Shown here one piece after another: positions 1 to 12,197 of a stretch of 64,000 nucleotides of DNA. Position numbers and translations under genes: made by a program. Below the pieces are notes generated by a model, which saw only the letters and a list, made by a program, of their open reading frames with translations, did no database searches and had not been told where the DNA came from. Source of the DNA: Octopus sinensis (Eukaryota); assembly GCF_006345805.1 (NCBI RefSeq), contig NC_043023.1, positions 20,646,001 to 20,710,000 on the forward strand, given 5' to 3'. Within the stretch, counting starts at the first letter, position 1. Each line of letters begins with the position of its first letter.

Positions 1-87
1 AAACCAGGAAATGGGCCCTGTGAATCTGTGTCTCGGGAAGGATCCGACTGTGTGTCGCTTAAAGAATATATAGTGTTTGCGAGTGGA

Positions 88-160
88 GAAAGCTTTCGTC
101 AACAGCCAGTGATTGTCTCACACTGAGGATGGGTAACCACCTAGAAACCGTGGTCTGTGA
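88..160 (+). pseudogene. Degenerate 5S rRNA-like fragment (C-box region)
   Basis: GGATGGGTAACCACCTAG (127-144) matches the 5S C-box region GGATGGGTGACCGCCTGG at 15/18 (all G>A). GAAAGCT upstream and CCGTGGTCTGT downstream are loosely 5S-like. The 5' half is not recognisable. Confidence 0.3.
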
Positions 161-557
161 GTATCACGTAAGGCTGGAGATGGGAGTGATGACCTAAACA
201 CTATATTTACATAGGCTGTTTGTCGGCAGCCAGCTGGAAAAGATGTTTTCCTGGGGCTTCAACAACAGTAACATTGTCCTTTATAGGACTGCCACATTCT
301 GTTGGCAAATAAATTTTACTATTCTTGCTGAGAGATTTAAAACAACCTTATTCTTTTATTATCCTAATTTGGTCAACTTTAAGCCCTCACTGTCTCTTTA
401 CCAGTTGATTTATCTGACTAGTATAGACTTTTCAGAGCTGGCCCATCATGCTATCTTCACACCATGTAACACGCTTCAGATTGTGCAACTTTCCCTGCAC
501 CCTAAACAACACTCTCCGTCACTTGGTCCTTATAGCTCTGCGATTAGCTGGCTTGTT

Positions 558-964
558 GGTGCAGGAGTGGCTGTGTGGTAAGTAGCTTGCTAACCAACCA
601 CATGGTTCCGGGTTCAGTCCCACTGTGTGGCACCTTGGGCAAGTGTCTTCTGCTATAGCCCCAGGCAGACCAAAGCCTTGTGAGTGGATTTGTTAGACGG
701 AAACTGAAAGAAGCCTGTCGTATATATGTATATATATATATATGTGTGTGTATGCTTGTGTGTCTGTGTTTGCCCCCTAGCATTGCTTGACAACCGATGC
801 TGGTGTGTTTACGTCCCCGTCACTTAGCGGTTCAGCAAAAAGAGACCGATAGAATAAGTACTGGGCTTACAAAGAATAAGTCCCGGGGTTGAGTTGCTCG
901 ATTAAAAGGCGGTGCTCCAGCATGGCCGCAGTCAAATAACTGAAACAAGTAAAAGAGTAAAGAG
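558..964 (+). mobile_element. tRNA-derived SINE, family A (full length)
   Basis: A box TGGCTGTGTGG, B box GGTTCAGTCCC, CCTTGGGCAAG core, internal (TA)n(TG)n, tail AAAAGAGTAAAGAG. More than 12 copies in the window. Confidence 0.9.
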
Positions 965-1296
965 TATACCTGTTAGGATATATACTTCCACCTGTGACCC
1001 ATGGGAGAGAGTTATGTGGGTGGCTGAAACCACTGTCTTGGCTATATGCCAGCCACATCCCACACAACGCTCAAACCCAGGGTCACTTGTAATTGTACTG
1101 CATTTTCTCGGGGCAAGGGATATGGCCTACACCACTCAAGTCCATCATTTGAAATTTGGACGATACCTTTGTGCAGCATCCTGCCTACAAACCCATTCTT
1201 GCCTCCAAACTGTAGCTGACTCTTCCAGTTTCATGCGAGAACTGGTTCCTTTCTTTGTCGAACCCTCTCTCTCTCAGATCAAGTATTATATATATA

Positions 1297-1597
1297 ACTA
1301 GCAGTATCGCCCGGCGTTGCTCGGGTTTGTAAGGGAAATAATTATATAAGCATTTTTAGAGAGTTATAGCCAAAAAAAGCAAAAAAATGCATTAAAAATG
1401 GAAAAAAAATGATGGTAATTTCTTTTAAAAATCGTAGACTCATCGTAGACGCGCGCTAATACCCAGAAGGGCTCGATATGAAACACGACTATAAGATACC
1501 CGTTTTTGGTTAAACTGCACCACAAAATGTGGGAGTAGTTAGGAATCTAAATCAGAGGAGACAGACAGCACACAACCACTCTTTTATATATATAGAT
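1297..1597 (+). mobile_element. Non-autonomous Helitron/Helentron-like element
   Basis: Starts ACTAGCAGTATCGCCCGGCGTTGCTCGGG and ends ACAGACAG...CTTTTATATATATAGAT, the end architecture of HINE/DINE-type elements. Confidence 0.55.
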
Positions 1598-1774
1598 ATA
1601 TATATATCTGTAAAATAATATGTGACAATTATTCGGTAGCCAAGATAAAACTCTGAGTTTCGGATGCCGAGGTGGAAATCCACAACACCATCTCTTCGGT
1701 TATCTGGCCATCTGAAAACCAGGAAATATATATATATATACACACACACATAGTATATTTACTTGCACTTAGTA

Positions 1775-1856
1775 TCACTTAATTACATAGAGAAGTCGGA
1801 GTCGGAGGTGCCGATAGTAGAGTAGTCGGAGTTTTTGTTTCGACTCCACAGCCCTG
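1775..1856 (-). mobile_element. DNA transposon end remnant (CAGGGCTGTGGAGTCG type)
   Basis: Ends GACTCCACAGCCCTG with GAGTCG repeats. Reverse-complement relatives at 42205-42292 and about 21798-21850. Confidence 0.55.
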
Positions 1857-3507
1857 GTTGTAACAAGGAACACTTTTTTATATTATTTTACTTATGTCTA
1901 ACGAGTCCTCATTACCCCCAAGAATTTTGTTTTTATCCCACTGAAGGTAATTTACCCTAGTTCGCTGACCCCTGGTTTTGACAGTTTGACTGGAACTGGT
2001 AAACTGGTGAGTCATTCCAGGCTCCAGTTTGATTTTGGCTTGCTTTCTAAGGCAGGTTGCCCTTCCTATCACCAATTACTCCAAGAGCGTAGTGGGTGCC
2101 TTGTACATGTCACTTGTACATTTGCTGATGCCGTTTTTTTAACTGTGGTGTATTCCAGGGTTCAGTTTTATCCACATATCACCCCTGACAACACTCACAA
2201 GCAATATCATTCTTACGTGCCAAACCAGCCCCAAATCTGTGGAAAGTAACCTCGCTAACACAATCACTACATATATCTGAAAATAAGTACCAGTTACGCA
2301 CTGGCGTCGATGTAATCGACTTAATCTGTCCTTGTTTGTCCCCTCTATGTTTAGCCTCTTGTGGGTAGTAAAGAAATAGGTATTTCGTCTGCTGTTATGT
2401 TCTGACTTCAAATTCCGCCAAGGTCGACACTGCCTTTCATCCTTTCGGGGTCGATAAATTAAGTACCAGTTGCGTACTGGAGTCGATCTAATCGACTAGC
2501 CCCCTCCCCCAGAATTTCGGTCCTTGTACCTAGAGTAGAAAACATATATCTGGAAGAAAAAAAAAAGACATCATCACTCCTCATCTCTCTCTTGAGATGA
2601 ATGGAATCCTTGATGTTGTTAGAAATATTGGGAATATTCTTTTCTATTCTAGGCACAAGGCCCAAAATTTAGGGGGAAGGAGCTAGTCAATTAGATTGAC
2701 TCCAGTATGCAACTAGTACTTAGTTTATCGACCCTGAAAGGAAAAAAGGCAAAGTTGACCATGGCAGAATTTGAACTCAGAATATAAAAACAGACAAGAT
2801 ACCGCTTAGCATTTCGCCCGGTGTGCTAACGTTTCTGCCAGCTCTGAGAATATCTCTTGGTGATGGCAGACCCTGGACTTTTCTTTGGTCCTGGGATATT
2901 ACTTCAGGCTCCGAGGAAGCCCTCAATGGCATGCTGCTACCACATCTGTGATGGTTGTGTTAAAACACACAAAAGGAGAGGAAGGCTGCCCCCCCCCCCT
3001 GCTTTCTCTCTGTCTCTCATACACACATAGACACAGACGCATAATGAAATGTGACTCACACACTCAGAGGGAGAAATTGGGTGACTCATACACACACATA
3101 GAGAGAGAAAACAAGAGAGGTTACACACACACATCACTTAGTTGTTTGGGATGAAGTGATTCACAAACCCACATCAATCTCCGTCCTACAGATGTGCTGT
3201 GTCCTCTCCTCTAACTTTTCTACGGTAACTACACTGACTTCTGCTTTCCACTCGGGCATTCTTCAGTCACTCATCACCCATTTAGTCCTACCGATACCCC
3301 CACACACTCAGGGACCCCTACAAAACCCCTCAGTTTTGTCCTTCGTTTACAGTAGGGTCGCCATCTGGATTGTCTTGATACACTGGTCAAATGTCTCTCC
3401 CTCAACTAGACTCAGAGGGCGTCACTGTTTCACCCAAACAATGCCTCTTGTATGGCAGTGGCACTCATTTACAGCGGTTGTAGGATGTCAAGATGAAGTC
3501 TGGTATG

Positions 3508-4090
3508 CACTTCTTCTTCTTCTTCTAGCATTCACCCGGGGTGGGTTGAGCTGGCTTCATTTATCCTCAATGCTACATCTCTCACAAACGCCAACCAGGC
3601 CTGGCGATTTGAGGCTAATGACCGCGTGATCTCCAACCACTCGTTATTCCAGCTGAGAATGCCATAGATATGGGGGCCTAGGATGGGTTCCAGATCAGCC
3701 TTGATCGTCATCAGCCAGGTTTTTCGTTGTCCACCACATCGCTTTCTCCAACCCTGAAGGGGAGCTGGGGCAATTGCTTCGTAGGTTGGGTTCCAGATCA
3801 GCCTTGACCATCATCAGCCAGGTTTTTTATTGTCCATCACGACGCTTTCGCCAACCCTGAAGGGGAAAAGGGGCAATTGCTTCGTAGATGAATTCTCATG
3901 GTTGACGACGGAGGGCATGACCCAGCCAACACAGACGTCTCGTTAGGATGACTTGTTGGAGGGAGGTGATTCTGCACTGGTGTCGCACCGAATTGTTGGA
4001 AACAAAGTGATGCCATTGGACACGAAGGATGCGGCGTAGACAGAGGTGCTCGAAGGATTCTAGTCGCCTAATATCTTCCACCCTCATTGG
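3508..4090 (-). mobile_element. RTE-clade LINE 3' fragment with (AAG)n tail
   Basis: Minus-strand peptide FEHLCLRRILRVQW...RRLCWLGHALRR...KTWLMTIKADLEP...LASNRQAW is a typical RTE ORF C-terminus. It is followed by a GAAGAAGAAG tail at about 3510-3523. Confidence 0.85.
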
Positions 4091-4795
4091 CCCTGACTCG
4101 CACGCACACACACGGTTGGCTCCTTTCAGTTCGTTTACCAAATCCACCCTCGAGGGTTCTGTTGACCCTGGGCTCTAGTATATACGGGACAAAGGTATCA
4201 TAAGGATTAAACCTGAAATCTGAAGTCATGTGGGGTTAGGAAGGGAATTAAACCCCACAGCCATGCTTGTTCACACACACACACATGTATGTGTGTGTGT
4301 TATGTATATAGTGCATATTCTATATATATATAGTAAAAATTGTGTATGTATGTGTATATATGTGTGCATGTATGTAATTCTATTACAATCACAAAACCAT
4401 GTCTCTTTGCATATGTATGCACATATACTCTCAGAGTGGTTGGCGTTAGGAAGGGCATCCAGCTGTAGAGACTCTGCCAGATCAGATTGGAGCCTGGTGC
4501 AAACATCTGGTTTGCCAGCCCTCCGTCAAACCGTCCAACCCATGCCAGCATGGAAAGTGGACGTTAAACGATGATGATGATCCTCTCTCTGTCTGTCTCT
4601 CTTTCTCTGTATGTGTATATACATATATATATATATATATACACACACACACGTCTACACACAATATATAATTCCATAATTATTTTCCGTGTTTCGTGTC
4701 TCTAGAGCACGAACATTATTATTATTATTGTTGTTGTCCAGAATTCACAAATAATTAACTCCACCATTTTTACATACCCAGATATTAATTAATGT

Positions 4796-4845
<50 letters not shown>

Positions 4846-4925
4846 TATATATATACTTTGATACTTTGATAGGTTTCAGCCATTATTGGCCCAGGCCATG
4901 TCTAACTTAATAGCACCACCTGGTG

Positions 4926-4968
<43 letters not shown>

Positions 4969-5369
4969 GATATACATACATGTATATATATAGATATACA
5001 TACATATATATACTTAAGCACTATGGTTTTTGTGCGTGTCCTCTCTCCTGTTACCTTTGTTAGTGTCTCTCACCCCACCCCCCCAATCACAGTTGCCCTT
5101 GTGAAATGCAAAAACCAGGAATATTTGTCTTTATGGTTGTTGTTAATTCATCATCATCATCGTTTAACGTCCGTTCTCCATGCTAGCATGGGTTGGACGG
5201 TTCAACCGGGGTTCTGGGAAGCCAGAAGGCTGCACCAGGCTCCAGTCCAATCTGGCAATGTTTCTACAGCTGGATGCCCTTCCTAACGCCAATAATTATA
5301 TTAAATTAAACATCTTGGTCTCGTCCTTACTGCTAGAACTTTCGTTATTCTCAGATATGGATTTGTGTG

Positions 5370-5730
5370 TGTGTTTGTATATATATCTATCCATCCATCC
5401 ATTCATCCATCCATCTATCTGTCTATCTACCTACCTACCTATCTATCTATCTATCTATCTATCCATCCATCTATCCATCCATCCGTCCGTCCGTCTATCC
5501 ATCCATCTATCTGTCTGTCTATCCGTCCATCTATCTATCTATCTATCCATCCGTCTATTCATCCATCCATCTGTCTGTCTATCCATCTGTCTGTCTATCC
5601 ATCCATCTATCTATCTGTCTATCTATCCATCCATCCATTTATCTATTGATCTATCTATCTATGTCTGTCCGTCTATCCATCTACCTACCTATCTATCTAT
5701 CTGTTTGTCAGTCTATCTATGTTTGTCTAT
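5370..5730. repeat. (ATCT/ATCC)n tetranucleotide microsatellite
   Basis: Direct reading; explains the spurious ORFs at 5180-5840. Confidence 0.95.
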
Positions 5731-5927
5731 CTACACACACACACAATGTGTGTGTGTGTGTGTGTGCAGTCAAAAGGCGAGGGCTAGATATGCTTAGTAA
5801 AAGAAAACACACATCGTGCTCAAATCTTTATCGGGAATGAGGTCCACAGGGCAAAGAGTGGCTTTGAGAGAAATCCAGGTGAACTAATATGGAGATAGTG
5901 ATGCAGAAAAGCGTGATCAGGCTTGAT

Positions 5928-5966
<39 letters not shown>

Positions 5967-6219
5967 ACACTCTGTGTACCAAAATGGTTATATGTGTGTT
6001 TATATATTTTGGGGAGAGGTCTGTGCGTGCAGTTGTTGAGTTTATTATATCGGGGTCCCTCGTGTAAATTCTATAATCTGTATGTGAAAACAATGCAGTG
6101 TGTGTACATAATACCCGTGTATGTGTGTGTGCTCTGTGTGTGTGTGTGCGTCTCCGTCGACTCTTTGTAAATTGTATAAAAAGGGTGGGTGCGCATAAAT
6201 CGAAACTTGTGTGTGCGTG

Positions 6220-6295
6220 TATATGAGGCTTGTGTGTGTGTGTATATATATATGAGGCTTGTGTGTGTGTGTATAATATATATATATATGAGGCT

Positions 6296-6359
<64 letters not shown>

Positions 6360-6461
6360 GCTTGTGTGTGTGTGTGTATATATATATATGAGGCTTGTGT
6401 GTGTGTGTGTATATATATATATGAGGCTTGTGTGTGTGTGTATATATATATATATGAGGCT

Positions 6462-6511
<50 letters not shown>

Positions 6512-6513
6512 GC

Positions 6514-6549
<36 letters not shown>

Positions 6550-6621
6550 GAGGCTTGTGTGTGTGTGTGTGTATATATATATGAGGCTTGTGTGTGTGTG
6601 GTGTATATTATATATGAGGCT

Positions 6622-6674
<53 letters not shown>

Positions 6675-6675
6675 T
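6220..6675. repeat. Minisatellite: ATGAGGCTTG core with variable (TG)n(TA)m spacers
   Basis: About 11 cores separated by alternating purine-pyrimidine runs of different length. Confidence 0.9.
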
Positions 6676-6987
6676 AGTATTGTGTTATATGAGGTTGGTA
6701 TATGTAAATGTATATATATATTTATTTACATTGTGTTATATAAGGTGGTAGCTATATATATATGTGTGTGTGTGTGTGTATACCCGAATGGCAGCGAAAT
6801 CACTGGTGTTCTGGGTTATGCCCCGGATGCAGTGGGGGAGCCTGCCTACTTTGTCATTAGATAAGTGCTTTATCGTGTATAAGAGTTGTTTTTGACTCTT
6901 ATTTCTAGCACTACTTGTGCTTACCACTCCCTTTAGTCACGTTTATAGTTCTGCCTCTCGGTTGTAAATTACGCACAATCCACCTTT

Positions 6988-7030
<43 letters not shown>

Positions 7031-7337
7031 AATAATATATATACATATATGTATGTATGTATGTATAATAATATATATACATATATGTATGTATGTATGT
7101 ATAATAATATATATACATATATGTATATATATATGTATAAAAATATATATACATATATGTTTATATTTTTTTTATATAATTAAGAGCTCAGTAAAATAAT
7201 TTACTTTGCCACATACTGACATTTTTAGAAATAGCAGCCAAAAAGTTTCTTTAGCCATTTCTGCTACTTTAAGAAAAATCTCCCAGATAGTGCTTACTCA
7301 AAAATATGTTTATATATATAAAATATATATACATATA

Positions 7338-7720
7338 GGCGCAGGAGTGGCTGTGTGGTAAGTAGCTTGCTAACCAACCACATGGTTCCGTGTTCAGTCC
7401 CACTGCGTGGCATCTTGGGCAAGTGTCTTCTACTATAGCCCCGGGCCGACCAATGCCTTGTGAGTGGATTTGGTAGACGGAAACTGAAAGAAGCCTGTCG
7501 TATATATGTATGTATATATGTATGTGTGTCCCCCTAGCATTGCTTGACAACCGATGCTGGTGTGTTTACGTCCCCGTAACTTAGCGGTTCGGCAAAAGAG
7601 ACGGATAGAATAAGTACTGGGCTTACAAAGAATAAGTCCCGGGGGTCGATTTGGTCGACTAAAGGCGGTGCTCCAGCATGGCCGCAGTCAAATGACTGAA
7701 ACAAGTAAAAGAGTAAAGAG
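7338..7720 (+). mobile_element. SINE family A
   Basis: Same head, core and tail as 558-964. Confidence 0.9.
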
Positions 7721-8099
7721 TATATGTATAAAAATATATATTCATATATGTATGTATATATGTGTGTGTGTGTATATATATATATGTGTGGTAATTTCCT
7801 ATTTTAACGTTGTAAATTGTTTAAATTTTCGTTTTTTAAAACTTGTGTACCATTCTCTTCATAAAAAATTCAAAAGTTAATAACTTTTTAAAAATTTTAC
7901 AACTAATTTCCTCAATTTATTTTAATATCTCACCTATATTTTGTATATATCTTAAATTTCACTGCGGACTTTACCCTCTCTCTCTCCTTACATGTTTGTT
8001 TATATACTAAGCTTACTTTCATTTCGCTTCTTTCGTGTTTATACACTCGTACAAATTATACACGCGCACTTGCTTATTTATAACAAGCAGTCAACACTG

Positions 8100-9846
8100 T
8101 ATGGTGTGTGTGTGTGTGTGAAGTAGTCACCTTGATTCATTAACCTCGTTGTGTGTAGAAGCTTCTCGAAATCGACATTCGTGTTGTTGTTGTTGTGGTG
8201 TACATTTCCCACCCCCCAGCATGCATTGCAGCGGAAACGGCATTGGTTGGGGGTGGGTGTCGAGGTGGAATCGAAACTGGGTCGCGGCCTCTGTTTGCCG
8301 TGAAACGCAGTAGCTCGTACGTGTTCTTCCTGCCGTGACCATCTCGTCTTTTATCCTGACTTAGTGTATCTAGAACTACATTATAATGTATAATATCGCT
8401 GTTGTTACTTCGTTCCCTGTTAGTCTTGATCTTGTAGACGATGATCAAAGACGTTCCAGCTGTGATCATCCCGTCTATATCTAGGAGTACATCACCTAAT
8501 GTATATAGTATAATGCCGTTGTTTTTGTTTAGCGTTACGATCAGTCATAGTCTAACCACGACCAACCATCCTTCGGTGACTCTGTCCTTTATCTAGACGG
8601 TAGAGTATGAGTTTTGCTTGCTATTTCTAGCAGGTCAAGCGACCACTTCGTCTTCAGTACTAATACATTGTATTACGGGTCAGTTGTAGTTGAGAAAACT
8701 TAACCGTGACCATCCCGTCGATTTGTATATTTAAGGATTTAATATCCCTTTTGTTTCAGCTAGTGTTTCTTCATCGCTGGCAGCGCTATGAGCAAAGGCG
8801 TTCTTGCCGTGACAGTCCTGTCTTATGACAGACTCTTGTCCAATGTTCCTTTTCAAGACTGATATTTGAGATATCTGGCTACTATTTCCAGCGCATCTCG
8901 CGAGTCCCTTCCCTGTAAACTGTCCTTCCTTTTGCGGGTAGTATTTAGGTTTCTATTTCGAGCAGAACAAAATTGGGTCACGGGCACTGCCTTAAATAAA
9001 GATGGTGGTGGTAGTAATGGCTGTGGTTGCTTGCGTGGACACACAAGTGTTAAGGTGTGTAGGAGGCCTGGCGAACGAACGGGCTTTCGTATCGTTCATG
9101 CCTTTACCAGGGCTGCCCGAACGACTGATATGAAGTGATGAATAATGACTAATGACTAATTAATTGACTAATTAAAACTGGTGATGTGCTGAACGTGGCG
9201 GCGGCAGCGACGGATGCCTTTGTTACAGAAAACGTTGAAATATGGCGCTGATGGTATACACACGCGCACAATTATGGGCATCTGAGCAGTTTTTCGTCGA
9301 GCAAATTCCGTCGGCGAAGTATTTATTGGAAAGCTCGAGGTATAAATTAATGCTTGAAGACAGCTGCCCAATGTGCTGCGCCCGTGGATCGAACTCGGGA
9401 GAGCATACCGTTGTGAAGCGAACCCCCGACCCCTAATGACCATGTTTGACAATGTATTATATTCGGACCTGGTGCAAATAATAAAAGGAATGAAATTTAT
9501 TGTAATTTAAAATGTTGGCCTATGCACGTATTGAGTCCTTCAACGTTCGTTGTATATATATAAATTATATATATATATATTAGATATACATTTATATATA
9601 TGCATATATAAATATACATTTATATATATGCATATATATATATACATACATATATATATATTATATATATATATATACATATATATGTGCATACATATAT
9701 ATATATTTATATATATATACACTCACATATATATATATGTCGAGTTACAAATAAAAAGGATTACTTTTTGGTACAGTATAGTATTGAAAATGATTTCGAA
9801 GTGAGTGTGTGTGTATATATATGTATGTATGAGTGTATACATATAT

Positions 9847-9892
<46 letters not shown>

Positions 9893-10215
9893 CACGTTAC
9901 ATCGTGTATGCGTGAAAGTCAAATCTTGAGCACTTTTAAGTCTTTCTTGTTGAAACCTAACAACATGGCTGCCGTACAACAATATTTGGCTCAGAACCTC
10001 TCAACCGATGGCGTCATGATAATTATGACGATGATGGTGATGATGAGGAGGAGTGGATGGAGAGAGGATGTGTCTCCGATGGCGTTTTTAACGAAACTTT
10101 ATCTTTGAAGCTAATCTTGTTTGTTCTAATTTGTTGTCGCTCCGTTAATTAGTGGTGGTCGCTTACGTGTTCGGATGGTGCTGCTCTTTCGCCGTGCGTT
10201 CCGTTACTAGGTACG
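8100..10215. promoter_or_regulatory. CpG-rich promoter-like island (possibly bidirectional), split by a (TA)/(TATACA) tract
   Basis: Non-repeat sequence visibly richer in CpG than its surroundings. YY1-like motifs AAATATGGCG (9238-9247) and AACATGGCTGCC (9962-9973). Donor-like TAG|GTACGG at 10210/10211 (+) and CTG|GTAAAG near 9105 (-). Confidence 0.5.
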
Positions 10216-10249
10216 GTCGTTACATATGTCTATAGATGTTTTGGTGTGT

Positions 10250-10419
10250 GCCGTTACGAACGTATATATATATATATATATAATATTCGTGTACATGTAA
10301 ATGTTATATACACACATACTCATAATGGGTGTATATATATATATGTGTGTGTGTATGTATATATGTGTGTGTGTATGTATATATATGTGTGTGTATATGT
10401 ATATATGTGTGTGTGTTTG

Positions 10420-10450
<31 letters not shown>

Positions 10451-10980
10451 GCGTTTGTATATATATATATATGCGTTTGTATATATATATATGTGTTTGT
10501 ATATATGTATATGTGTGTGTTTATATATATATATCTGTGTGTATATATGTGTGTCTATGTATATATATAATATGTGGTGTGTGTGTATGTATATATGTGT
10601 GTGTATATATGTGTGTGTGTATGTATATATATATATATATATGTGTGTGTATGTATGTATGTATATATATATATGTGTGTATGTATATATGTGTGTATGT
10701 ATATATATATGTGTGTGTGTGTGTATGTAATATATTAGTGTGTGTGTGTATGTATATATATATGTGTGTGTTGTGTGTGTGTAATATATGTGTGTGTGTG
10801 AATATATATATATGTGTGTGTGTATATATATGTTGTGTGTGTATATATATGTTTGTATGTATATATATATTATATGTGTGTGTGTATGTAATATATATGT
10901 GTGTGTGTATGTATATATATGTGTGTGTGTGTATATATATATATATGTGTGTGTGTGTATGTATGTATATATATATATAG
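10250..10980. repeat. (TA)/(TG) compound microsatellite
   Basis: Direct reading. Confidence 0.95.
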
Positions 10981-11385
10981 TTCGGTCCTGGTTTCTATAA
11001 CAAAAACCCGAATGATATAAATAAAACCTCTCCGTTCTTCCAGTCCTGAGTGCAGAGACACTAGAAATTAATCTTCTCTTGGGTCCTGAAAATAACGAAG
11101 GGGTACGCTGCTGCTGATGGTAGTGGTGATTAGGGACTTACTACATACGCAGCCCCAACCAGCTTAAAGGGACCTATCTTGTACCCCCAACAAACTAAAA
11201 TAGTTTTAGTTTTTTTCATGATGTGTTGAGAGATGTGGCTGCTCTCCCTGCCAGTGGCTTTTTCTTCCATCCCCAACACCCTCCCACATTTTCAAGGGGG
11301 TTTTAAGGCCTATTATAAAAAAAAAAGCAAAAAGTATTCAGAGATTTGGCTGCTATTTCTAACAGGTCGTCGAGCTGTCACTTGA

Positions 11386-11762
11386 CTCTTTTACTTGTTT
11401 CAGTCATTTGACTGTGGCCATGCTGGAGCACCACCTTTTAGTCGAACAAATCGACCCCCGGGACTTATTCTTTGTAAGCCCAGTACTTATTCTATCGGTC
11501 TCTTTGCCGAACCGCTAAGTTACGTGAACGTAAACACACCAGCATCGGTTGTCAAGCGATGTTGGGGGGAAAAACACAGACACACGAACATATACACATA
11601 CATATATATACACATATACGACAGGCTTCTTTCAGTTTCCGTCTACCAAATCCACTCACAAGGCTTTGGTTGGCCCGAGGCTATAGTAGAAGACACTTGC
11701 CCAAGGTGCCACGCAGTGGGACTGAACCCGGAACCATGTGGTTCGTAAGCAAGCTACTTACC
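11386..11762 (-). mobile_element. SINE family A
   Basis: Reverse complement of family A. Confidence 0.9.
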
Positions 11763-11844
11763 TATTTCTTTACTACCCACAAGGGGACAAACGGATTAAG
11801 TCGATTATATCGACCCCAGTACGTAACCGGTACTTAATTTATCG

Positions 11845-12197
11845 GCGGCGAGCTGGCAGAAACGTTAGCACGTCGGACCAAATGCGTAGCCGTATTTCGT
11901 CTGCCGTTACGTTCTGAGTTCAAATTCCGCTGAGGTCGACTTTGCCTTTCATCCTTTCGGGGGTCGATAAATTAAGTACCAGTTACGCACTGGGGTTGAT
12001 ATAATCGACTTAATCTGCTTGTCTGTCCTTGTTTGTCCCTTCTGTGTTTAGCCCCTTGTGGGTAGTAAAGAAACTGGTACTTAATTTATCGACCTCGAAA
12101 GGATGAAAGGCAAAGTCGACCTCGGCGGAATTTGAACTCAGAACGTAGCAGCAGACGAAATACCGCTAAGCATTCCGTGCTAACGTTTCTGCCAGCT
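11845..12197. mobile_element. SINE family B, two oppositely oriented pieces
   Basis: GGCGAGCTGGCAGAAACGTTAGC head, B box GAGTTCAAATTCC, GTCGACTTTGCCTTTCATCC core. A + copy is followed by a - fragment. Confidence 0.85.

Noticed and set aside
6781-6870. Minus-strand AGGCTCCCCCACTGCATCCGG resembling U1 snRNA stem-loop II
   Set aside because: No ATACTTACCTG 5' end or Sm site; the similarity is too short.
8127-8342. Minus-strand ORF ending at a donor-like AAG|GTGACT
   Set aside because: No recognisable homology and no downstream exons found in 1-8100; mentioned only as part of the promoter-like island.
9365-9445. Minus-strand tRNA-like boxes (TGGTCATTAGGGG ... GAGTTCGATCC)
   Set aside because: Only the T arm partly forms; no D, anticodon or acceptor stems.
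9966-10108. ORF MAAVQQYLAQNLSTDG... as the KDM5 start
   Set aside because: It ends in a stop with no JmjN similarity; more likely a uORF or a YY1-like motif.
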